DNA from: Rhina ancylostomus
Lineage: Eukaryota
Assembly (NCBI GenBank): GCA_030265395.1
Contig: JARFYF010000118.1
Coordinates: 17,899,070-17,963,069 of the forward strand
Length of the DNA stretch: 64,000 nucleotides
Direction: 5' to 3'
Below are positions 37,801 through 51,100 of the stretch, in pieces (the first letter of the stretch is position 1; each line of letters begins with the position of its first letter). Position numbers and translations under genes: made by a program. Below the pieces are notes generated by a model. That model saw only the letters and a program-made list of their open reading frames with translations, had not been told where the DNA came from and did no database searches.

Positions 37801-40339
37801 TGTTCTCCTTTGTGATGACTCTCATGAATTTTGAATTGACAAAAGCAAGCCAGACGTTTGGAAGCCATTCTGTTTCAATTGTAAATGATGACTTGTCTGT
37901 CAATCTCCCCAGTTTTGAACTCTGACTAGCAAAATGTTGGCTTAATGGAAATAATGTGAGCATTTAGCAAGTGACTCATAACAGCATTGTACTGTGAAAT
38001 CAATTTTTGAAGAAGTCTGATTTCACAATCATTTAAAATGCAAGTTTATCAAGTAATCGGTTCATGATTTTTTTTGAATGTTGCAAAGACAATTCACTTT
38101 TAAACTCAGTGAAATTTTAATTCCCCCTGATAAATTTCATTGAGTTAGTTGAAACAAAGTGGCCCTATTGGCCTCAACACTTTGAACAGAGAAAAGATAA
38201 TTTCATCCTTGTTTCCTTCTGATTTGATCTATTAATTCCAGCTCATCATTATGCATGTGAACCTTGAAAGTGGGCCTTGCTATCTTCCCTATAGATGAAT
38301 AATCTGTCTACTGACAGTCCAAGCTCAAAGCTTATACCATTGGCAGTGAAAGGCTGTTCCATACATCAGTCAAGTTGTCCAAGTGAAGCAAGAAGCATTG
38401 GAGAAAAGCACAACCTGTAGCATTTAAGGACAGCTCATTTTAACTGCCTTTAACAAGTTTAAATATTAGCTTTTCTGTTCCCTGTTTGATTTTTGAGCAT
38501 TTTGATCATTTTCTTTTTTTTTACCTTTTTACACTTTTCCCAAGTTCTTCAGGTTTTACTTCAAGTGTTACTGTTACACAATATGTGTTAATGACATAGA
38601 TATTGAAGGATTTTATTTCAACCTCTGCCTCCCTCTCTGCCTGAGTGAGGGCTGGAGGAGGGGTGTGGTGCTGCAGGAGAGAATTGGTGAAATTCTGTAA
38701 AACTTTTTGCAACATTTTTGTTTCAGTCTTAGCAAAAACGTCGAATGAACTTGTATATAATATTTATAGGCCATCTGTTCCCAAAAGCTGCCTGTGCATT
38801 AACCAATATCTGCATAGTTTGGCTCCATTTGCAACACATCTGCCTCTGAGTCAGAAGGACGTGGATTGAAGATAACATTCCTTCAAAATACACTCTTTCT
38901 GAATCCTCGGTCATGCTTGATGATTTTTAGGGAATGTTCTCTTTCATTGAAGCTGTGACCCATTTTCCTTCAAAAAATACTGACCCATTTTCCTCCTCAG
39001 TAGACAAAGGAGGCTGTGAGCTATTGACTGTCCAGGGAGACATGAACATAGATAATGTGGAAATATTTAAGGTGGAATTAGATCAACAGTTAAGGGTGCA
39101 GTTCCTTAAGAGACAGTCATGATTTTATATTTGGCAGGACAGTTTGCATTTTTTGTATGCATTGTATTTGCCCAATTTCTTGGGCAACTTTCTGTCATCA
39201 ATATCCCCTTTCTCTAACTGGGACTTTATGATAGTTAGAGATTTCATTGAAGTCAATAAAATGGAACTTCAGAAACACATTACTTTAAATGTGATCAGTA
39301 CCAGCAACTTTCTAATGTTGCGCTGCCTAACATATTGATGTTTTCAGCTTTAATCTCAGTGAAATTNNNNNNNNNNNAAGATATGTAGGCATTCTGCCAC
39401 TTTTCACTTCTGTCCTGAATTCAACTGTAATTGAGTGGAAATGTGGGAAAAGTTCAACGTTGCTAAGATGAAAGCATTTGAATGAGAAGTTCAAGTCAGA
39501 ACTACAGGAACTTAAGTAGGCCATTTAGCTCTAAAAGACCATTTCACTGTTCAGTAAGATAATGGGTTATTTGTTGCACAACTCTGTTTACCTACCTTTG
39601 ATTTAAAGCCTTTCATTCCCTAACTAACAACAATCTTTCCATCTCAACCTTGAAGATTCCAGTTCAAACAATGTCCACAACGTTTGGGAGAGTAAATTCC
39701 AGATTTTATTCCTCTTATACCAAGGTTACAAAGTTAAACCTGCCTTACTTTTAGGCTCCTTTGTAATGTTGGAATTCCTTTACTATGGAACCTGGGCTGC
39801 TGTATTGAAACTTAATTTCAGTCACATGATATATTTTTCCCACTCTCTGCAGCGTCATGTTTTCTTCTTACTCCTAGTTCAGATGACAAAGTGACTGAAC
39901 CACACTGAATTAAAAACTGACTATTGAAAGTAATTCACATTGTTGGTCGCAGTAGCTCCTTCAGGTGGTAATTGGTAGTACTTGCTACTTAAATATAAAT
40001 ATTCATGAAAATTAGCCATAAAAAAGGGGCCTTTAGTTAGATAGCCAGCATGGCATGGGAAACATGGAATCCTTCTGCTGAAAATGTTCAAGCACCAGAA
40101 AGGATATAATTAGATGTTAAGAAGTGGGTATTGATGGTAAGACTTGATCTTGAAATTGTCCAACTATTTCGGTCTGGCTATGTTGAGGAACAACTTTTCT
40201 CCTTTTCCCCACCAGGAATCTTTCCTTAGAAAGAAATGAATAAACTTTAAAAATTTTCCTATTTGATCTTTTCCTTTCTTCTTTTATTCTTCTTTTATTA
40301 ATATTTAATGTAACCAAGAGTTCTCATTTCCCTTCACAG

Positions 40340-40435
40340 GTTCAGGATGCAGTGAAGTGTAGAGTTGTAGATCGTCAAGAAGAGGGGAATGGAGACTCTG
40401 GGGGATCATTTCAAAATGGACATGCACAGTTAATG
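40340..40435 (+). CDS. ADGRB1: ADGRB1 coding exon, helix 8 and proximal C-tail
   Basis: cccttcacag|GTT...ATG|gtatgg. Translates [32 protein letters not shown], the BAI1-type sequence. 96 nt. Confidence 0.97.
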
Positions 40436-41016
40436 GTATGGACTTCCTTGTTTAAAAATACCATACCTTGAATGATTACCTGCTTTCTTTGAGTAATTGT
40501 TGGTAAGAAGTATAATACGGTCTGGCTTGTTTGGTGAGGAATTTTTAATCTAGTCTTTATTTTTCTAGAAGATAATGTGACTAATGTGAGGTGGAGGCTG
40601 TTGGAAATTGGGGTGCCTGAGTGCACCACAGGTGAATGCCATAGGCTGATGCATCCTGCAGGTCTTTTAGTGCCTATTGTTTGTGTATATTCACATGCAG
40701 AATTTAACATTATCAGTAACAATTTGCAAAAGGGATCTATTTCTGGAAAATGTTTTTTTAAGCAAAATTACGTAACTCGTAAAGGCTGGGAGAAGTGTAT
40801 TATGGGTATATTAGCAGAGCATATTCCTGTGGTGAATCTATATGTCATTACGGTGCCATGCACAATTAACAGCATAGAACGAAACGAGGGACTTTCAATG
40901 TGGCTTAGGATCAAACAATGTGGTGAACATGTATATTAAGTGCAAAGTAACAAAATGATTGTGGTTTGAATCTCCAGTTGATTGCAACACACCTAGGCCC
41001 AATGTTTGTTGTAGGA

Positions 41017-41185
41017 CTCAAGATGCTGGAGGAACTCAGCGGGTCAGACAGCATCTATGGAGGAAAATGGACAGTTGATGTTTTGGATCTGGACTCATGA
41101 CTTTGATGCTACCTGACCTGCTGAGTTCCTCTAGCATCTTGTGTGTTGCTCCAGATTCCAGTATCTGCAGTCTCTTGTGTCTCTA
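41017..41185. mobile_element. Palindromic MITE-like interspersed repeat
   Basis: Inverted arms caagatgctggaggaactcagcgggtcag and ctgacctgctgagttcctctagcatcttg. Confidence 0.8.
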
Positions 41186-43014
41186 TTGTTTGTTGCAATG
41201 CCTAAGTTTTCAAACTCCAAGGTTCCTCTGGTGGGAAAGGAAGAATGGCTGGAAAAAGTAGAAGTCAATCACAACTGTGAAAACAGATTCCTTCAATATT
41301 TGAGTTGAGTCGGAGGCAGCAAAAAATTATTTTCTCCAAAATGCAGTGCAGTCAAGGTAAAGCATGGGACACTAACACTGGAAGGCCACCTTAGGACTAA
41401 AGGAGTAAAACAAGTGGAACAGAAAATTGGGCTGATTTTGTCAATGTGGCAATTGATTGACTTTCAGCTATTGCCTGAAGTTTGGATTTTACTCCTAAAG
41501 TCTATAATGGTAAACTGCTGGGGGCATGAAGCTCAAATTGGGGGAACAGGGCAGCAGGGGAAATGTCAACCTAACATCGTCCATTTGCACCAAACAATCT
41601 ACTTTAAATTTGATGTGGTGTCAACCTTATTTGAGGTTTAAAATCAGCAATGACAGGGAATATCTTGAAACAAGTTGGTTTCCATCAACTGCAATACATC
41701 TTCAATATTCCTGTCATTCGAACAGAGTGGTATTGGCATCCCCAATACACTAATTCCCAACACTGTAACACATTATTTGAAGAGTTTAACTAACTGGATT
41801 AATTGTGTAAGTAAGTAAGTGGTGTGACACTGGAATTTACTGATTTTCAATGAGAATTTGACTCTCATTACAATTACTCTTCTAATGCTCTGTAAAATGT
41901 TGATGGTTGGTCTTGGATGCTATCCAGGAAATGATTGCAAAATAGAAGATTTACAGTTGTAACACAATCAATCATTCCTTGTTTATGTGAGGAAAAGTTT
42001 GTGAAAAATATTTCATGAAGTGACATTTTGTAAATCAAAAAGACTGGGTGAAATGAATTATGAATATTTCAATACATTATATTCCTATGCTTGCAGAGTT
42101 GCACACAATTCATTAAAGCATAAGATGGCTCTGTAAGCTGAGGAATGGATCCAAAGAGCCAATGTTATGGTGAAAATTTGCAAATCGAACATCTACAGGT
42201 TGAAGAACAGCTGTATGAGAATAGTGCATCCTGTGTATCAGATGATTTCCTCCAAAAACAATAATTCCCCAAGTATTCATGTCCCTGATGTAAGACATGT
42301 GTTAGCTTGCATTCAGTTCTTCTCTTCCTTTCACATCCATAATTACAGTGTCCTTCTTTAAGGAGAAGGAGAAGAACAGCTGGCAAGATTTCACTGGTCC
42401 AGTGAATTTACCTTCCCTTGGTTATCTTTTAATTCACTTCTGGGATATGGATGTCACTAGTAAGGTCAAAACCTTTTCCCTGCCAACTCAGTCATTCAAA
42501 AGGCAAAGAATCAACCACATAGCTATGAGTCTAGAGTCACGTAAAGACTATGCAGGTGTTTGTGAATCAGAAGGATTTCTACAGTAATCCTATGGCATAA
42601 TACCACGATTATTGATGCTGCTTTTCCCTAAATTTGATTTAATTAATTGAAATTCAGATTCCATTAAGATTTGAACTTGTGTCTGTGGATCACTGTTCCA
42701 GATAGCTGGACTGCTAATCCAGTGACTTGATCATCATAGTCCCATATTCCATGCATTCAATGAGTGAAACTTGAGACATTATACATAACTCCACCAGTGC
42801 CTTCCAATCTCAAAGTAAGAACATAACATTCCACCTTATCACAAGAGAACAGAGGTGTGCATCTGATGAGAGTGTGGTATCTGTGCCTGCCAAGATGAAA
42901 ATGAAAGACGGTAAAGCTCATAATTATAAAGGGCCTTTCACAAAGTTTGGGTACTCCAAAATATGTTACAGCCAATGAATTACTTCAGAAGTGCAATCAC
43001 CACTGCAGTACAGG

Positions 43015-43455
43015 ACATAAAGCGTAAGATGTAGGAATGGGTATTTACCATTTAGCCCCTTGAGTCTACTCCACTATTCAACAAGGTCATGGCTGATTTT
43101 ACTTCCCTCAACACCATTTTCCTATTGTGTCCCCCATTTCCCTTATTCCCCTAATATACAGAAATCAATTGATCTTAATTTTAAATGAAAATGATGACAG
43201 CTTCCACAGCCCTTCAGGGTAGGGAATTCCAAAGAATCAGTATTCTTCAAGTGAAGAAGTTCTTCCCCATTTCAGTCATAAATGGCCTCTTATTTTGAGT
43301 CTCTGACTCCTTGTTCTGGAGTCCTTAGCATCCTGTGGTGAATTTTGCATGTTTCAATGAGGTCACCCCGCATTCTTCTAAAGATTAGATACCTATCCAA
43401 ATCATTCTTTTCTCGTATGACGGACCTCCCATCCCAGGAACTGGTCTGGTGAATA
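43015..43455 (-). mobile_element. Old CR1 LINE 3' fragment
   Basis: ccatttagccccttgagtctactccactattcaacaaggtcatggctgat...gggtagggaattccaaaga. Confidence 0.7.
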
Positions 43456-44294
43456 CTAAACAACGTTAGTGCTAGGTTACTTGTTTTTGGAACCAGTGAA
43501 ACTGGATTTCACTGCTTTGACCAAGTATTAAAGACACCAACAATCCCAACGTGAAGTCAGTAACCCCTTAACACCAAAATTAAGGCTCTTTCAGTGCCAG
43601 CTGCACAAATTACCCACCTGTTTAAAACAGCTTTAAATGTGGAAATCAGATTCTTTTTGACCTATGTCAGCCCCTGATTGGTATTTTAAGTCAGAATTAG
43701 TGGAAAACTACAGGATGCATCCTCCGACCAGTATTCTGTGTATGGTGGAACTGAATGGAGCCAGCAAAGGTATGAGTCATATTTTTGTGAGCTCCAGAGA
43801 GGAAGGAAGGCTCTACTAAGGCCCACAACAGTAAAGAGTGATGCCCCGCGTGACTGCACAGTGGAATGGAGAATTGGGCACAAAGGTCAGTATACTCAAA
43901 TGACATTGCTTCCAGTTATCCAGTGATTAAAATCATGTCCAGTTCTCCAATCAGTGTTCCTTTCTGATAAGGCTTTCAAATGGGGACCTGTCTTGCAAAG
44001 TGCAGTGTGTGGTGTCCTCTGTAGTGGATTTAGCAGCTGAGTCTTCTAAGCAGTGTATGCTTATTTAATCTACCACTCAGCAACTCTCTTTTAGCCATTG
44101 AGAAGCATCAATTCCAATACAGTATTGAGAGTGAAGAGTGATTCAGCATACCACCACCCGGATGGGTGCAGGTTACAGTCAGTTTCTGTCACAGCTATTA
44201 CTGAAGCAAGAAGGGAGTGTGAAATATCAGGAAAAAGAGACTCAGTAACAATATCTGTCATCTCTTCTAAACTATTTTTCCCTAACTTTTATAG

Positions 44295-44334
44295 ACTGAC
44301 TTTGAAAAGGATGTAGATATGGCATGTAGATCAG
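44295..44334 (+). CDS. ADGRB1: ADGRB1 coding exon (40 nt)
   Basis: cttttatag|ACT...TCAG|gtaagt. Translates TDFEKDVDMACRS. Phase 0 to 1. Confidence 0.95.
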
Positions 44335-46338
44335 GTAAGTGATAAAATAATTCTTGTTTTGTTTTCTCCCTTCCCATAATTCTTGCTGTGGAATTATTCT
44401 GCAGGGACCATCTACTACTTTGACCAAATAACCCACGTTTTTGTGAGGTGATTCACAGCACTGGTTACAGCCATGCTGTTTGGCCATAGGCGGCATCAGC
44501 TCCTGAACCCAATCATGTTCTCAGAGATGGCATTGTGCATTATCAATACGTGTTTTTTAGATNNNATCAGGAGATGAAACTGATTTTTCCTTTCTTTCTC
44601 TCCCTTCATAACCAGTAACTCAACTGTACTTTAAGTGTCAGTGCTGATTCTGAATGGGCTTAATACTTGTTGTGATCTTTTCCTACTTATTTTGCGAACT
44701 GTTAAAGTCAATCTGATGATTTGGGATTGAGTTTTCTTGGAATTTTCCTTGATTCAGCAAAATTTCTCCATAGGAAACTCCATGTACACACTTTAAGGAG
44801 TTTCCAGAGATATTTCAATGACTAACAGAAAAAGCTCAGAGGAAACTCACCCACATCATTTTTTATGCTATATTACAGCATTTCTTCAGTTGTTGGTATG
44901 GAGGACTTGTGAAAAGCTTATGCTCCAAATTGACACTCCACTTGGAGTACTAATCAAGCATACAGATATAGCTAATAAAGCACTGAAAGTAACATTGTGT
45001 GATATATTTTTGTTTGTCATGGTAAATAATTAATTTCCAAGATCCTCTGATTATAAATTATCTGATTAGTTGTCTCTGAAACAGCTATAATTAAAACATA
45101 CAGCTGGCATTTTACTCGATGTTCTTATGGAAAATATGTATTTATAAACTGCACATTTGAGTTGCTTTTTTTTCCTTGAGGAGAGTGGGTGCTGATGGAT
45201 TGTATTGCAACACTACTTGAGACACAGTTTTAGTTATTCTTTCTTTAAATTCATATTCTTTTTAGTTTATCAAGGTGAAGGATGTCAGCGCTGGGGAGTG
45301 GATCACTTTTCTACTTTGAGAAAGCAGTGTCAGGATCAAGCACTCCCAGGTTAGGAATAGCATGGGCTAGAAACTGAATAAAGCTCCCACTGCACCAACA
45401 AATTGCCTTTAATCCCAGTCACAGTAGAGCATCACCCCCTACCTATACTAACATGAAATTTCATTAATGACACCAGCCTCTGTGAGAAAATGCCATTGAA
45501 GTATTGATGTGTATGGTAGGATCATCACAAAAAAAACTGAGTTGAGAATATTTACATACTATACTTAATTAAACAAAAACAATCAGAATTCAGAGAATGT
45601 TTCCTTTGGAATAGTGGAAGAAGAAAGGAAAATGTTAAAAGCAGATGATCTCAAACGCTAAAAACTAATTGGGAGGGGAATAGTGCTCTTTTTAAATTAA
45701 TGTACAGAGGATATTCTGGGTGAAAAGTTTGATGCAAAATCTGTGCCATTCTATTATTTTAGGCTTAACAATACGCATTCCCGTAAGGTTTGTTTAGATG
45801 TTATTCCTGTAGAGAGATAAACCTTTCATGTGCTTACAGATTAATTTGGATATTAAGGTCCTTTCAATTTAAGGAGTTATAGATTCACTTAAAACTATTG
45901 AGAATGGGAGAGACATGACAAAGAGTTAAATAGAATGAGGCCAAATTGTTTTTATATTTTGTATATCAAACAATTTTGTTTAAACACATAGTTTACTGAT
46001 TTTTGTTTAATTTTATAGCAATGGAATTATTCCTTAGTTTGAATATCTTCATTGCTATAATATTATTGCTTTATACACAAATTAAACAAATCTAGTCATC
46101 CAGGGAAACCATAAAATGCAATCATATCTCTGTAATTAGAGCCCTTTAAGAGGTTCAGTAAAACAGCTGTGAACATCTGGTGGTCCTGTTGATGGTTTCC
46201 TGTTCATGTAGCGCTTTGCCACATGTTGCTAGCCATTAAGCAGAAACAGAACCAGCCAGAAACATATGTTGAATGATATGCAGCATTTTCCAATTCCACT
46301 GATGAAATATAAACCAGCTATTATTCTCAATGTTGCAG

Positions 46339-46982
46339 TTTTAAATAAGGATATCAACGCGGTCAGAACAGGAACGCTCACAGGAACACTGAAGCGCTCG
46401 ATGGTCCATGAAGATGACATGAAAATGAAATTCAACCATCAGAAGTTATCTGGCTTCTCAAGTCTTCCAGCAAATGTGTCGAAAATGCATCTCCAGGGAT
46501 CGCTGAACTATCCAGGATCATTAAATATGAATGAGNNNNNCGACCACACCTTGAAAATAAATAAGAGTGAACAACCAAAATCAATATAGATATGTGACGG
46601 TGACATTTTCAAGCAGTTAGACTCAGAACTAGCACGAGCACAGGAACCAGTGATAGATACTAACTATGTTATTCTGCCCACCAATACCTCAACCCTGAGG
46701 GCCAAACCAAAAGATGAAAGCAAATATAACATTAACATTAGTCAACTGCCCCAGACTAGACTTATTCATCTCAATGCAGACAGTGGGTTTTGTGCTAAAA
46801 ACACCCCAATGGATCGCATCAATATTTCTTGCAATGAAAGGGCTTCTCCTGGCCACCAGACACAGAGTGCTACAAATGAAGCCCAACCTCCCAATAACCT
46901 GTGCGACGCAGGCGATTCAGGGAACTCGGGGATGGTGTCCAAAAGCGAGACAGTTTCTACACTATCCACAAGTTCGTTGGAG
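46339..46982 (+). CDS. ADGRB1: ADGRB1 large cytoplasmic-tail exon (contains 5 Ns and an in-frame TAG at 46587-46589)
   Basis: tgttgcag|TT...TTGGAG|gtaagg. 644 nt, phase 1 to 0. Reads [20 protein letters not shown]...[14 protein letters not shown]...[22 protein letters not shown]...YVILPT...[10 protein letters not shown]...STLSTSSLE. ORFs 46266-46589 and 46650-47015 are in the same frame. Confidence 0.93.
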
Positions 46983-47699
46983 GTAAGGAAATTAAGGAGA
47001 ATGTCTTTCACTTAGCCAGTTCCAGATTTTATTTTATCGTTTGTGTGTCTAATTTGGCAGAAGCAGTCAAAGGAATAATAACAAGCTGCAAGTAATTATC
47101 TAAGACCTCTGTTTTGAAATATTTGTCAATGTCAAATATTATCATGGCTTCAGTGCATCATGACTTGCAATGTTAGAGTGTAGTGTTAATGTTCAATTCT
47201 GTTTGCAGCTGATGAGATGCCAAAAAGTCTGTGGCCTCATGTAGCAAGACCTGAACAGCATTCAGGCTTGGGCCAGGTTATGACTGTAAACTGTGTTAGT
47301 TCAGTAGGTTCTTTCTCCCTCCTGTAGTCTATTGTGGAGTGTGCAGATATACATACACACGAGAACATTTGACACCAAGTAACTATACACTCTTTTATAG
47401 AACGGCATGAAAGGTTCATCTGTGGAGAATATCTGGGCAAAAAGTGTGATACAAAATCCATACTCTTTTGTTACTTCAGGTTAAAAAGATGTTTTCATGA
47501 GATATTTTAGATGCTGTTCCATTAAGGAGATTAGTTGCACATGTGGGTAGTTTATTCAAGGGTTCTTTGCAGATTGTCCGGAACTTTCCATGTTCATGGA
47601 GCAGTTAGTCAGATAACCTTAAAAGAGTTGGAGCCTTAAGATCACAGCTAATGTTTATAACTAGTATATATGCCACATCATTACTCATTTTTTTATTTA

Positions 47700-48040
47700 T
47701 AATGTAGAAGGAGGTCATTTGGCCCATTGAGTGTTTGTTGCCTTCCAGAGGGATTTGATCAATCCCATTTCCCCTGGTTGTTTTCTTGTGACCTAATCTC
47801 TTCCACGTGCCCATCAACTCTACCCTAATTTGACCACCCACCTACACCAGGAGTAATTTAAATTGGTCAATGAATCTAGCAAATAGCACATCCGTGAGAT
47901 GTGGAAGGAAACCAGAGCACCCGGGGAAGCACGTACTGTCACTTAGAGGACATGCAAACTCCATAGAACAACACTGGAAGTCAAGGTTGAAGCTACGATG
48001 CAACAGCACTACTCGCTGCACCATGGTACTACCCATTGCC
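47700..48040 (-). mobile_element. HE1/V-SINE-like element
   Basis: gatgtggaaggaaaccagagcacccggggaag...catgcaaactcca is the reverse V-domain, plus a tail. Confidence 0.75.
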
Positions 48041-48084
48041 CATTTCCAAAAAATGAGAATTTAACTCCAGCTGTTTTTTTTATT

Positions 48085-48640
48085 CAGTGTCATCACCAAA
48101 TTCCCTATCGTCAATACCCTGGAGACTGTTGTTAAGCACAGCTTCACTGGACCAGCCACATAAATACTGTGCCTACAGGTACAGATCAGTCATTGGGTAT
48201 TCCGATTACCTCCTGACTTCCCAAAGCCCTTCCACTATGCATATAGCGCAAGCTCAGAGTGTAATGGAGCACAGTCTACTAGTCTGGGTGAGTCCACCTC
48301 CAAAGACCATTAAGAAGATCAATACTGTCTATGGCAATACTGACCAATGCTGTGCCCCCCGTCAACCATCCTGAATACGTTCTCCTCCCATCACCTATAC
48401 ACCATAGCTGCAATGCATGCCATTTGTTAATTCTACGACCCAAACGCAGAGAGGCTTCTTCAGTTAGTCTCAAGAATGGAACAGTAGGAGGTATATGCAG
48501 TGCCAACCCATGAAGTTTCCCTTCCAATTTGCACATTATCAAAATATGCTGTCACACTTTCATTGCCGGGTGAAAATACTGCCATCAATATATACAATTC
48601 AAGCAAGTGGTGTCCATCGCCCTGAATAAATTTCAAAAAA
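48085..48640 (+). mobile_element. Decayed LINE C-terminal fragment
   Basis: Peptide TMHIAQAQSVMEHSLLVWVSPPPKTIKKINTV, similar to the TIYKAQVRSVMEYS..AW....PTTLKKLD LINE motif. Confidence 0.6.
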
Positions 48641-50939
48641 CATGTTTGTTTACATAATTTCCCGACACTACCTTTTCTAAGTTTTGCCTTTGTGAAAGAA
48701 GAACTCTGATTCTTTGCAGGAAGGAAGGAAGAATGCAAGTCACCCCAGGCTAGGCTCACAGGCTCCTAGAGTTGTCTTAAGTAGTGCCAAATGAAAGCAT
48801 TGAGAAAGACAATCTGTTCACTTGGCTTACCCACTTAGTTTGTCAAGGGGAATGTGGCAGATGGTTATAGTGGAAGTGGGTGAGGGCAAGTGATGTGGGG
48901 AAAATGTGGGTGTTGACTGCAAGAAGGAAAGCAAACATCAGAGTGAAAAGAAACAGCTTCCAAAGACAGAACTGTGTTAGTTTAACCCAGATCCATCATG
49001 AATCTGTTGTGATATCAGACCTTCCCTCACCCTAATTTTCCATCTAATGATTTTGCCAATCACATCAAAAAGTATCTTATTTCACTATGAGCCACTTCGG
49101 CAACTGATCATCCACAACAGCAGAATAATTTATTCCTTCTCTTNNNTTCCCTATGTGTACAGATTTTGTTGGGAGAATTATACTTAAATGAAATGTGCAT
49201 AAAACTAACAAGGCTGTTGAAATATGCAAATTCAGCATGCTCTGCTGATATTTGTAGAGTGATTGTAACCTATTCAAAATTTAATCTTGATTTCCTGAAG
49301 CAAATATGATAACATAGATTTGCTCCAATTTGCTATGGAGGGTTGTACATCAATTCTGGAATTCTTCCACCCTCCAAGCCTCTAACAGTTGTCCAAAACA
49401 GAGGTTAACCCATTAATTTTATGGAGATTAATGCTTCCTCTAAAATGCAGGGAAAGGAATTGTTCTGAAATGTTTCAAGTGTTGGTACTCTTAAATTTAA
49501 GACCCCCCCCCCAAGAGAAGAATAAAAATGTTAACCATTTTTGTTAGGATCCATGGTATATTTTCAAGATCACTGTTTACAGGGGGAAATAATGTAGAAT
49601 TCCGGAGTGGATTTTCAACTGTCATCTTCCTTATTCTTGCTACTAAATCTGCATCCAGGNNNNNNNNNNNNNNNNNNNNNNNNNNNNNNNNNNNNNNNNN
49701 NNNNNNNNNNNNNNNNNNNNNNNNNNNNNNNNNNNNNNNNNNNNNNNNNNNNNNNNNNNAGCATCCAGGAGTTGAAGATTATAGTGCGAGGGTCATTTTG
49801 GATTCCTCTTGGATACTCAAAGCCTGCATAGTACAGTTTACAGTAGATCCATCAGTGGGAAAGGAGCATGCCCATCTGAAACTGGCGAAAAGCTGCTTCA
49901 AAACTAAAGGTCCAATAAACTTGTGCTGCTGGTCTCTGCTGCGGACCTTCATCTGGCTAACTGCAAAGTCAGTACCTCCCCTCTTTATGATCCTCCTCTG
50001 GGCCCAAACTTCATACAACTGTCAGGCTAAAGTTATCCTTCTGGTTGATGCAGCTCACTGACAGCACATCATTAGCATCTTGGTATCTGTTGTGCTCGAG
50101 TTTAAAGCTAGGGAGTGATCTAAGATCTCAAGAGGGAGCCTTCAAATTTAACCACAGAAAATTGTTTTCTCTAGTCATGTAATGCTTCCATCTGAGGTGC
50201 ATGACCTCTATTTTGAAGTGTTTCTCAGCAGTGTTTTTTTCATTGTCATAAACTTCCTCATTGATATTTTTTATGGTCCTGTGTTTTCTAACCGTTTAAC
50301 AGGACAGGCTTTGTTTTACTTATAGGCACAGCTTGCAGTCTCCAGGCTTGTCGCTGTGTCTTCACTGACTTGGAAACTCTGATCAGCATGAAGATCTACT
50401 TTTTCCAAGGTTGCATCCATGTCGGATCTTCCTGAGCAATACTGAGCCACTGAGTCAGTCAAACATAATGGTGAAGAGCACAAGTTATGGCCACAATTAA
50501 AGCTTTACTGGAAGATTCAATGAGAAAACATAAAACCATAAATAAATCATAACTTTCTCTAGCTTTCCTATTCCCTTTGCACCATGACTTTCAACGTACC
50601 ATTATCAATTCGCTTTGGGATGGGAGATTGCAGTGGTAGCTGAAATAGAGTGAACCATTCCACATGTCAGTGGGCGGGTTAGAAGTATTGTCCATCTAGC
50701 CAGGAACAATGCTGGCAGACTTTTCCCATTCCAAAGCACATGGCAGAGGATCCGCTGACTAAATGGTATACTCAGCTAACGTTATGCACTGAGGGAATAT
50801 GAAGTTGGATAAATTGGGATCAACAATTTTTTATGCTTAAGATTTCATTCAGGAGCTGGATATCACTGATTGGCCTGTATCTCATGCCCAGTTAAATTGC
50901 TGCTAACATTCTAAACAATTACAGAAAATCCAAAAGTAA

Positions 50940-51100
50940 TGAAATGCTGAAAACTTGATATAAAATCATCCATGCTGGTAATACTTAGCAGGTTCACTGG
51001 GGAGAGAAACACTCTNNNTTATTCAGGTTCTGATGAAAGATCATTGCCCTGACTGTTTCTGCACAAATGCCTGACCTGCTGATTATTTCCAGCATTTTCT
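50940..51100. mobile_element. Palindromic MITE-like repeat, diverged copy
   Basis: Inverted arms atgctggtaatacttagcaggt and acctgctgattatttccagcat. Confidence 0.6.

Noticed and set aside
44405-44447. Acceptor-like ttctgcag 70 nt after the 40-nt exon
   Set aside because: The candidate donors give 38 or 43 nt (frameshifting), read-through reaches a stop, and there is no homology.
44773-44806. Short hairpin ggaaactcc-N15-ggagtttcc
   Set aside because: A 9-bp stem is within chance expectation for 64 kb and has no other support.
49651-49769. gcatccagg repeated on both sides of a 100-N gap, and the 177-aa ORF crossing it
   Set aside because: Could be contig overlap or a target-site duplication, which cannot be resolved here. 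The ORF owes its length to Ns and has no recognisable homology.
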